A DNA stretch of 64,000 nt from contig OZ024743.1 of the NCBI GenBank assembly GCA_964016885.1, forward strand, positions 167,834,001 through 167,898,000, written 5' to 3'. The notes under the pieces are model-generated. The model ran no database searches. It was given only the letters and a program-made list of their open reading frames with translations, and was not told the DNA's origin. Of the stretch, positions 49,107 through 58,133 are shown piece after piece. Both the position numbers and the translations under genes were made by a program. Origin of the DNA: Eledone cirrhosa (lineage: Eukaryota). Every line of letters starts with the position of its first letter. Position 1 is the first letter of the stretch.

Positions 49107-52100
49107 AATAGGCAGCATAAATGCGCGTGGCTTGGGGTCGTCATGGAAGCAGGGTCACCTGCTCAACGACCTCAGGTCACTAAACATAGATGTAGTGGCC
49201 ATCAGCGAGACCAGAATCTCCGAAGCACGGGCCTTCGCACCGATCTTCGGCGGCTACGATGTGTACGCATCTCCCAGCCGTCCTGGATCGGGTGGAGGAG
49301 TTGCTGTGCTTTTTCGGAGAGGTTTGGATCTCGCCATACGGGCCATCTTCCTGGACCCAGAGGGTAAGCTGGTGGTGCTGGACGTGACCAGCGGAGACGG
49401 GCAAGCTTTCAGTCTAGTGGCCGTCTATGCCCCGACAGGAGCAGGGCGGCCTGATTTCTTCCGGCGTCTGGAGACCTTTCTTGGAACGTCCCGCTCTTTA
49501 GTGTTAGTGGGCGACTGGAACGGGATCTTAGATGCACGCTGGGACTGTGTGGGATTAGCGGATAGGGGTGGAGGGTGCAAGAGTCTCACCAACCTGCTCA
49601 GGCGTTTTGAACTGTCTGACAGGTACCGATTGGATTTCCCGAATGTGCCAATGTGGACTTGGACAAACCGCATAGGGTCATCCAGATCATATCTAGATAG
49701 AGTATTTTGTAGGGAAATAGATAGGTCTAGCATAGGCTGTCCACAATTCAAGATAGTCAGCTACACGGACCACAAATTCGTGATCTGTGTGCTTGACTTA
49801 GATAGGCTTCATAGACGAGGACCCGGCTACTGGAAGCTAAACGCGTCCTTACCAGCGCGCAAGGCCTACAGAGACCGGATTAGCGAACTAGTTAAGCGGG
49901 CGTTGACGGGGGCCATCGTCAACAACAAGTGGTGGTTTGCTCTGAAAAGAGCGATTAGAATAGAATCGATTAGGTTTAGTAAGGCTTTAGCAATAGAGAA
50001 AAATAGAGCAGAGGGAGAACTAGTTAGAAAATTAGACGAGGCGCTTAGCAAAGGCATTGCGACCGACGTGCTTGCGGCGAAATTGGCCCTTGACCAATTC
50101 TTCAATGCAAAGCACGAAGGCTGCGTTGTCAGAGCAAGGGTGCGTGCTCTCAGACACGAGGGGACGAAAGCCGTTCAATGGGCCCGAGTGGCGGAGACGC
50201 GTGTGTGGCAACAAAGCCACGATCCGGTCTTTGGTGGACCACGACGGGCGCATGCTACTCGATCCCGGGCAAATGTGTGAAGCTTTTCAGCGACACTTCG
50301 CTCAGCTGTTCGGGGGCAGCGGTAGGCCGGGTAGAGGGATGGAGTTTAGTGTCTACCTCGACGGACTGCCGCGGCTTTCGGCCACTGAGGCGAAGTGTTG
50401 CGAAAAGCCGATAACAGCCGCTGAAGTAAGGGAGGCAATGACTGGCTGCACAAGGGGTAAATCGCCTGGTTTGGATGGTCTGCCCTATGAACTTTACGTA
50501 CAGATGCCAGACTTGTTCGGAGGCCTCTTGGCGGACGTCTACTGCAACTGGCAACAGAACGGGAGAATTCCCAGTTCTGTGAGCCGAGGAGCGGTGGCAC
50601 TGCTGAGAAAGGATCCGAACAAGGGGGATAACATGGACAATTTCCGGCTCATAACTCTGCTAAACACAGAGTTCAAGATTTTGGCCAAGGTGCTAGCAAA
50701 GAGGTTGGCGCCTGTCGTTGGTGATCTGGTGGGAGAGGCGCAGACATGCGCCATTCCCGACAGATCCATCCACGACAACCTCCACCTCATGCGATACATC
50801 ATAGAGAGGGTAGCTAAGGAACCTGGCACGGGTGGGTCCTTGATCAATTTAGATCAGTCGAAAGCTTTCGATAGGGTCGACCATCGTTACCTAGCGGCAG
50901 TCCTGAGGGCGGCTGGCTTTGGGCCCGTCTTCAGAGGCTGGATCGCTGCCATGCACAGCGACATCTGCTCTGTGGTGAGAGTGAACGGTCACCTGTCGGA
51001 ACCGTTCAACATCATGCGCTCGGTCCGCCAAGGATGTCCCCTCTCGTCCCTCTTGTACGTATTGACTCTCGAGCCATTACTGCACAAACTGGAGACGTTG
51101 AGGGGAGTCCCGCGCGAACTAGGATGCGGAAGATCCGTGTCAGCATATGCGGACGATGTCACCGTAGTGGTGTCGAACGCCAAACACATCGAGGCGATCG
51201 GCACTACACTAAGAGAATACGAAGCGGTGACAGGAGCAATGATCAACCAGGAAAAGTCAGTGGGCCTGCAGCTCGGCACCTGGAGAGGCAGGTCCATGCC
51301 GTCCAACAGCGTCGTCGGACGCTGGACGGACGGACCGGTTAAATTGCTAGGGGTCTGGTTCGGTCCGGACCTCCAGACGGACAAAAACTGGGACGAGGTG
51401 ACGAGCAGGGTGGCTTCTCTCACCCAGAAATGGGCGGAGAGGAAGCTATCCCTGAAAGGTCGAGCGGAGGTGGCTAACGCGTACATCGCGTCTGTCATCT
51501 GCTACCGCCTGACCGTCGTACCTTGTCCTAAGCCTCTCCTGACTGCGCTGGAGCGTTTGCTCTTTCGCTTTTTGTGGAAGGGACGTGCTCCGATGGTCAG
51601 GCGGTCCATCTGTTGTCAACACCCGCTACGTGGAGGGCCGGGCATGCCGTGGCTGATGATGCGCAGGCACGCGCTCAGGCTACGACATCTCCACCTCTTC
51701 CTCGACGGTGATCAGGTGTGGTCGCCGTTTGGTAGGCGCGTATTTCCCCAGCTCGTTTCCTTGACGGAGCTGCAGTCCTTGGTCAAGCGAAGACCGAGAG
51801 GGAGCGCCTGGAGACTGGAATGTCTTCAGGCGCTCACAGCCCTCGAGCAATCGGGCAATGTGATCGGTGGAAACTCCACCTCGGCGTTCTATAGAGGATT
51901 AGTGGAGGGTAAGAGCGACGACGTACTTGGGGAAACTCTAGGCGTCGACGAAAATCAACTAGCCAATCTCTTCGGAAGAACTTTCGGGCCGGGGCCTATG
52001 GACAACTTCCAGAAATCTCTGGCCCGGCAGTGCTACCGAGGAGCCTTGCCAGTTCGGGATAAACTCTACAGGCATGGAGGTGCCGTCAGCCGGGCATGTC

Positions 52101-52513
52101 CGAGATGCGCGCAGGGCGACGAAACCGTCCTGCACGCACTCGTCCAGTGTCCGAAAATTGCTGACTTGTGGGTTTATGTCGAACACCTGCTGTCGCGTTT
52201 AGGACGGATCCGGCTATCATCTGAGTCCATCGTGAGGATTGCCCCGCCCTCCTCCTTTAGCCGGGAAGGGCAGGCAGTTTTTATCTGTCTGGTGGCCATG
52301 GCGAAAGAGATAGTATGGTGGACACGTTTGAAAGGGCTGAAGACGAGTACTTACCTCTTCGGTGATGCTCTGATTGACTTTTTCAAATTTCATTTGAAAA
52401 GGAAAATCAGAGTAGAGAAGGAAGTGCTCTCTTCCCAGCATTTTGTTGAAAGATGGGTGAGAGAAGCAAGAATGGCCCGAGTGAATGGGCCTACTCTGAG
52501 TATATATCTGTAA
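49093..52513 (+). CDS. Tx1 ORF2 (APE endonuclease, reverse transcriptase, CCHC) with one frameshift near 50200
   Basis: The 395-aa and 818-aa ORFs join across a 1-nt insertion relative to copy 4 (gagacgcgtgtgtggc vs gaggcgcgacgtggc). Motifs: VGDWNG, YLDRV, TDHK, LDQSKAFDRV, RQGCPLS, YADD, CPRC..HALVQC. Confidence 0.9.
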
Positions 52514-52804
52514 ATTAAAGGTGGAAAACTGGGAGAGGGCACTTGCCTTGGTGGTCAGGGTCATTGTGGCTTTTTACTGGGCTTTCTCCACAAATGTCCC
52601 TCCGAAGTCTCCCCCCTATTGGGGAATTTTTCATTGTTATTTTCATTGTTATTTTTGTTACATCCTCTGTTTTTGTTTTTTACACGCAGAAATGCCCATT
52701 TGTACCGTCCTGCATTGTCCTGCACTGTCCTTAATGTCTACTTTATGTAAACCCTTGTGGTTAATAAAGAAATCATTATTATTATTATTATTGTTATTGT
52801 TATT

Positions 52805-55800
52805 CCTTGAATCTCAGTCATTGATGTTGGTTAACTGGAAAGTCCGTTGGATTGAATATCAAGCCACTACCTGCAGCCTCAGATATTCAGGACGTATCGG
52901 AGGGTTCTTGCTGTTCCAAGCAAGCATGCCTTTTGAAGCGTTCCAAAAAGCGTGAAGGGGCCGATTTTCTTTAACCATCCCTGGAAACTTTTGGAGATAG
53001 TCCCCAGTGCGCCTATGACAATCGGGATCACTTTGACTTCATGGCAGTTCCAAATCCTTTTCACCTCCCACTTTAGGTCCTGGTATCGGTTAATTTTCTC
53101 CCTCTCCTTCTCTTGCACTCTCGTGTCGAACGGGCAGGCCACATCCACAATCAGGCACGATCTTTTTTCTTTGTCCACAACCACCAGGTCAGGTCTATTG
53201 TGTTCCAGGTTTTTGTCCGTCTGTATCCTAAAATCCCACAGCACCTTCACCTGATTGTTCTCCATCACCGCCTCTGGCCTATGCTCATACCATTTCTCAG
53301 AATGTGGTAGATTGTTTACTTTGCACAGGTGCCAGTGGATCACCCTGCCCATCACATCGTGTCTCCAGCCCTTATAGTGGGTCTGGGCTAGGTGTTTACA
53401 CTCGGACACAATGTGAGCCACAGTCTCCTCTCTCTCTCCACAGATCCTGCACAGTGGGCTGGCCTCCTCCTTGTAGATATGGTGCTTCAACCACTTCGTT
53501 TTGAGGGCCTGCTCCTGCGCAGCCATTAGCATTTCTTCTGTAGCCTTTTTGAGGTCTCCTCTTCTCAACCAGTTCCATGTCTGTGGATCTCTAAATTCAG
53601 TTTTCTCAAAGAAGGTACTATGAAGGGGTTTTCCCTTAAGGCTGCTCTTCCTCCTTGATGTTATTTCCTCCCTGGACATCCCCTGGCCTACTGTCCCCTC
53701 CTTCAGTACAGCTCTGAGCATTGGCTCCTTACTATAGGTCACGTATTTGTATAGGTTGTTTTTCTCCATCTGAACACAGTCCTCTATGCTGATAAGACCT
53801 CTTCCACCCTCAGATCTCCTTAGGTAGAGTCTATCGACATCACTCCTCTTGTGGAACATGTTGTAGATAGTCAATAGCTTCCTAGTCTTCCTATCCATTT
53901 CTTTCTGTTCAACAACATTCCATCTCAGAATTCCCGCACTGTACCTAATAATAGACACAGCTCGGGAATTTACTGCGCTTATGGCATTTCTGCTGTTCAG
54001 ATGTGACTTCAATACGCTCCTTACTCTCCGAATGTATTCAGTTCTTAACAATTCCTTCATTTTTTTGTTCTTTATGCCATCAGCCTCCAGAACGCCCAAA
54101 TACTTGTATCCTTCCTCAGAGTCAATTTCCTTTATCATCTCACCTGTTGGTATCTGGATCCCGTTACTTCTGCTCAACCTACCCCTCTTCATCACAATGA
54201 CTCCACATTTACCAATACCAAACTGCATACATATATCACTGCTGAAAATACGGACAGTTTCAACAAGCACATCCAACTCCTTCTCACTTTTCCCGAAGAG
54301 CTTAAGATCGTCCATGAAGAGGAGGTGATTGATGGTAAGCTCTCCCCTTCCCAACTTGTATCCTGCTCTCACTTTTCGCAGCATAATGGTCAAGGGCATC
54401 AGGGCAAGGACAAACAACAGAGGGGACAGGCTATCTCCCTGGAAGATACCTCTCTTGATCTTCACGCTTCCCAAGGATACTCCAGTTGATGTCAACTCTG
54501 TCTCCCAGGACCCCATACTCCTGCCTAGCAACTGTCTGATGTTATCCGCCACCCTGAAGATCTCCAGGCTTTTGGTGATCCAGGAATGAGGCACCATGTC
54601 AAATGCCTTTCTGTAGTCTATCCATCCCATGGCAAGATCAGTGTGTCTCCTCCTGCAATTCCCCATTACCATCTTATCAATAAGCAACTGGTCCTTTGTA
54701 CCACGTGACTTCTTTCGGCATCCTTTCTGTTCGTCCGGTAACAAGTTGTTTGTGTGGAGGTGATGGTAGATTTCCTCAGACACAATGCTCGTCAACAGTT
54801 TCCACATTACGGGCAGACATGTGATAGGTCTATAGTTGGTAGCATCATTACCCTTGATTCGGTCTTTCATTATCAGAACTGTGGTACCTTTTGTCAACCA
54901 CTCTGGCACCTCACCCGACACCAAGCAGTCATTGAACATGGCCGTCAGCTTCGGGTGGAGGGATGTTAGATGTTTAATCCAATACCCCTGCACACCATCT
55001 GGGCCTGGCGATTTCCAGTTGGTTAGTTTTTTGGCTTGTCCCTTAAGAGTTTCAACTGTGATACTCAAATCAGTCTGTTGCTGTGCCTGCTCACCGATCT
55101 CCCTCTGTACTGTCTCAATCCACCCTGCCTGGGCATTGTGTCTAACATCCTGCTCCCATATTCCTCTCCAGAATGTTTTAGTTTGCTCCGCCACAGGGAT
55201 CAAGTCGTTGCCTCTTTCTTTGCCCTCAAGCTGTCCAAACAGCATCTTCTGGTTGTTGTCGAACATGCGGTTCTGTTTATACTGACTGACCCTGTTCTCG
55301 TATCGCCTGATTTTTGCACTCTTTGCTACAATGCGTTGCTTCAATTCCTCTATGATAATATTTAGCTTTTTACTCCTAGTTTTGTATTTTATTTCCAGTC
55401 TATTTTTAGTGCCTATGTTTTTTAGTGTCCCATTCAGTAGTGACTCAAGCTTTCCTATGTCATTTCTCATTTCCCCGATTTGCCCACTCAGTCGCTTCTT
55501 CCACCACGGCTCTGCTCTTTCTTGTCTGTTGTTTCCTCTCGCTTTTATACCAAGTAGTTTCCTCACCGTATTTGCTGTTGCTCTGAGGATATTGTTGCAC
55601 TGGTGAAGGGTCCTCGCCTCAAGGTATGGGATGTCTTTGTTTACCTTAGCTGTTGTTTCTTTTAACTTTTTCCTGTCTACAAATCTTAGGTTCATAGGTC
55701 TCCCACTATCATTGTTCAATTCATCTACCACTAAATTTAGGATGTCAACCGAATCTTGTCCTAGCCCGTCAGCATTCATCTCCTCAGTGGCCGTATCTCT

Positions 55801-56570
55801 GTTCCAGGTATTATTTATCTCAGTACTCAGATCATTGTCTGCTTCGGGTGGTTCCTCCGTTCTCAGGACCTCCTCACCTTCATTTCCCACCGGCTCGCTT
55901 GTCTGGCATACTACACCCGCCATCTCCAAGCCATTCTCTCTGCTCAGTTCCTCCAGTTCCAGCTCGCTTATCCACCCATTAGTTCTTATTACCCGAGCCT
56001 GCCCGGCCAATTTTTGTTCATCTAATTTAAATAAACCAATCTCGTTCCAGATGTTATGCATCCGTCTCCTGTAGCCCCTCTCCTTGGGGTTACTTTTCAG
56101 GTAGCATTGCATAACAGTTCTATTCAATTCTTTCGTCCAGTTGGTTCTGGCCCCTTTCCTTCTTCTCCTTCCTCCAACATCAGCAGTATTTGGTTGACAG
56201 TCAGGTTCCTGCTGCTGAGCCAGGGGGCACCTGTTGGGTGAGAGTCTGTCACATGACGTTCTAGTCTCCATTTCACCGTTATTCGAACTGTTTATGTTCG
56301 ATATTTAAACACTCTTATCGAGGATTGGCGAATGTATGTTTACATAGCCATCTGTGGATCCGCCATCCCACTTGGCCCTTGTGTGGCATTATCACCACGC
56401 TGTATACGAACACACATAAACAAACAAACACACAGGCAGAAAGGGCCCCAGAAATGAATAAGCATAAGTTTCATTGTAATGTAGTGTTCGAATGTCTGAC
56501 TTAGTTTTAGTTTTTTAAGTTTTACTTTTTCCCCCCTCTTCTCTGTCCGTCCGCCTGCTTCTCTCTTCAT
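52805..56570 (-). mobile_element. Dong/R4-type non-LTR retrotransposon, apparently full length, with a (TAA)n 3' junction
   Basis: Single long ORF with a short 3' UTR ending gactgagattcaagg then (AAT)n. The 5' boundary is approximate. Confidence 0.88.
52879..56271 (-). CDS. Intact 1130-aa RT plus restriction-like endonuclease polyprotein
   Basis: NYRPITCL, WIDYRKAFDMVPH, GIFQGDSLSP, HLLFMDDLKLF, CRICGEREETVAHIVSEC and RPDLVVVD..IVDVACP..EKINRY; no internal stops. Confidence 0.95.
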   Translation of the reverse strand: METRTSCDRLSPNRCPLAQQQEPDCQPNTADVGGRRRRKGARTNWTKELNRTVMQCYLKSNPKERGYRRRMHNIWNEIGLFKLDEQKLAGQARVIRTNGWISELELEELSRENGLEMAGVVCQTSEPVGNEGEEVLRTEEPPEADNDLSTEINNTWNRDTATEEMNADGLGQDSVDILNLVVDELNNDSGRPMNLRFVDRKKLKETTAKVNKDIPYLEARTLHQCNNILRATANTVRKLLGIKARGNNRQERAEPWWKKRLSGQIGEMRNDIGKLESLLNGTLKNIGTKNRLEIKYKTRSKKLNIIIEELKQRIVAKSAKIRRYENRVSQYKQNRMFDNNQKMLFGQLEGKERGNDLIPVAEQTKTFWRGIWEQDVRHNAQAGWIETVQREIGEQAQQQTDLSITVETLKGQAKKLTNWKSPGPDGVQGYWIKHLTSLHPKLTAMFNDCLVSGEVPEWLTKGTTVLIMKDRIKGNDATNYRPITCLPVMWKLLTSIVSEEIYHHLHTNNLLPDEQKGCRKKSRGTKDQLLIDKMVMGNCRRRHTDLAMGWIDYRKAFDMVPHSWITKSLEIFRVADNIRQLLGRSMGSWETELTSTGVSLGSVKIKRGIFQGDSLSPLLFVLALMPLTIMLRKVRAGYKLGRGELTINHLLFMDDLKLFGKSEKELDVLVETVRIFSSDICMQFGIGKCGVIVMKRGRLSRSNGIQIPTGEMIKEIDSEEGYKYLGVLEADGIKNKKMKELLRTEYIRRVRSVLKSHLNSRNAISAVNSRAVSIIRYSAGILRWNVVEQKEMDRKTRKLLTIYNMFHKRSDVDRLYLRRSEGGRGLISIEDCVQMEKNNLYKYVTYSKEPMLRAVLKEGTVGQGMSREEITSRRKSSLKGKPLHSTFFEKTEFRDPQTWNWLRRGDLKKATEEMLMAAQEQALKTKWLKHHIYKEEASPLCRICGEREETVAHIVSECKHLAQTHYKGWRHDVMGRVIHWHLCKVNNLPHSEKWYEHRPEAVMENNQVKVLWDFRIQTDKNLEHNRPDLVVVDKEKRSCLIVDVACPFDTRVQEKEREKINRYQDLKWEVKRIWNCHEVKVIPIVIGALGTISKSFQGWLKKIGPFTLFGTLQKACLLGTARTLRYVLNI

Positions 56571-56574
56571 TCTT

Positions 56575-57935
56575 ATTTTCTTTACGTTTTTGGGGTTTCT
56601 TTTTTTTGTTTTTGTTTTTCTCTGTTTGTTTTTCTCGTTTTTTGCTGTTGTTGCTGTGCTGCTTTGGTTTTGTTGTTTGTTTTTTCTTTTTTCTTTTGGG
56701 TCTATCTATATATTTTGATGCCTTCCTCTTTGTTAGTAGTAGGAATTCTATAATGTGGAAGTAGCAGCCAGCAGGGAAGTGGGTGACTGGCGGCGTTAGC
56801 GATACTGAGACAGTGGTGGTGGTGATGTCGATACCGAGGCAGTGGTGGCGGTGATGTGACCGTATTACTGTAGTGATGGTGCTGTAGCGGAGTCAAGGGG
56901 TGGTGGCGGCGGTGCTGGGATAGTGGTGGTAATGATGGCCGTAGTGAGCGGTGGCGGTGAAGGTGAAAATGTGTCGTTATCTGGCTGTTGTGTTTAGTGT
57001 ACACAGATGATGGGGTGGGTGGTGTATCTAGTTTCTGGTGTTGGTGAGTTTAGCTGTCCTATATAGTGTAGCCAGAGGAGAGGAGGGGAGGGGTTCTTCT
57101 TCCATTTATAGCCATTTTTTTATTTTTGGATATACAGTGTACAATACAAAGTTGAATATTTGAATATTTGAGCCTTATAACAATATATTTTCTTTACGTT
57201 TTGAGCCTTATAACAATATATTTTCTTTACGTTTTGAGCCTTATAACAATATATTTTCTTTACGTTTTTGGGGTTTCTTTTTTTTGTTTTTGTTTTTCTC
57301 TGTTTGTTTTTCTCGTTTTTTGCTGTTGTTGCTGTGCTGCTTTGGTTTTGTTGTTTGTTTTTTCTTTTTTCTTTTGGGTCTATCTATATATTTTGATGCC
57401 TTCCTCTTTGTTAGTAGTAAGAATTCTATAATGTGGGATTAGCAGCCAGCAGGGAAGTGGGAGACTGGCGGCGTTAGCGATACTGAGACAGTGGTGGTGG
57501 TGATGTCGATACCGAGGCAGTGGTGGTGGTGATGTGACCGTATTACTGTAGTGATGGTGCTGTAGCGGAGTCAAGGGGTGGTGGCGGCGGTGATGGGATA
57601 GTGGTGGTAAGGATGGCCGTAGTGAGCGGTGGCGGTGAAGGTGAAAATGTGTCGTTATCTGGCTGTTGTGTTTAGTGTACACATATGATGGGGTGGGTGG
57701 TGTATCTAGTTTCTGGTGTTGGTGAGTTTAGCTGTCCTATATAGTGTAGCCAGAGGAGAGGAGGGGAGGGGTTCTTCTTCCATTTATAGCCATTTTTTTT
57801 TTTTTTGGATATACAGTGTACAATACAAAGTTGAATATTTGAATATTTGAGCCTTATAACAATATATTTTGGGTCCGAATTTTATGGGGCTCAAGCCGGG
57901 TGCTTTACGTAGCATTTGTGCTAAGAGTTGTTATT
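56575..57935 (-). repeat. Tandem duplication (period 678 bp) of a probable Tx1-like 5' end and ORF1 start, with a 33-bp triplication at the junction
   Basis: 56575-57190 matches 57253-57870 (twin 100-aa ORFs 678 bp apart). ttgagccttataacaatatattttctttacgtt occurs three times at 57168-57266. Confidence 0.8.
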
Positions 57936-57944
57936 TCACAAATG

Positions 57945-58035
57945 GTTTAAATATGTTAAAAATTCAAAACTTACGGGAGCGATTTCATGACCTCCGTCAC
58001 CTCGTGCGTCTTCTTCCCTTATTATTATAAAGAAA

Positions 58036-58037
<2 letters not shown>
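57945..58037 (+). mobile_element. Short 3'-terminal fragment of a Tx1-like LINE
   Basis: Ends ataaagaaatc+(ATT)n, like copies 1 and 3. Confidence 0.5.

Positions 58038-58133
<96 letters not shown>
58038..58133. repeat. (ATT)n microsatellite, 32 units
   Basis: Seen directly. Confidence 0.97.

Larger units (their letters stand above)
46786..52774 (+). mobile_element. Tx1/L1-clade LINE copy 3, near-intact, flanked on both sides by (ATT)n
   Basis: (ATT)n at 46759-46785 and 52775-52804. It has a 5' UTR, ORF1, a short spacer, ORF2 and a 3' UTR ending aataaagaaatc. Confidence 0.95.

Noticed and set aside
52521-52955. Apparent ORF3 (ENWERALALVVRV...) after Tx1 ORF2, similar in copies 1, 3 and 4
   Set aside because: It has no ATG start, runs through the tail into the next element and diverges in frame between copies; it is best explained as conserved 3' UTR.
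57168-57266. 33-bp repeat three times, CRISPR-like length
   Set aside because: The repeats are contiguous with no spacers, there are no cas genes, and the context is eukaryotic.
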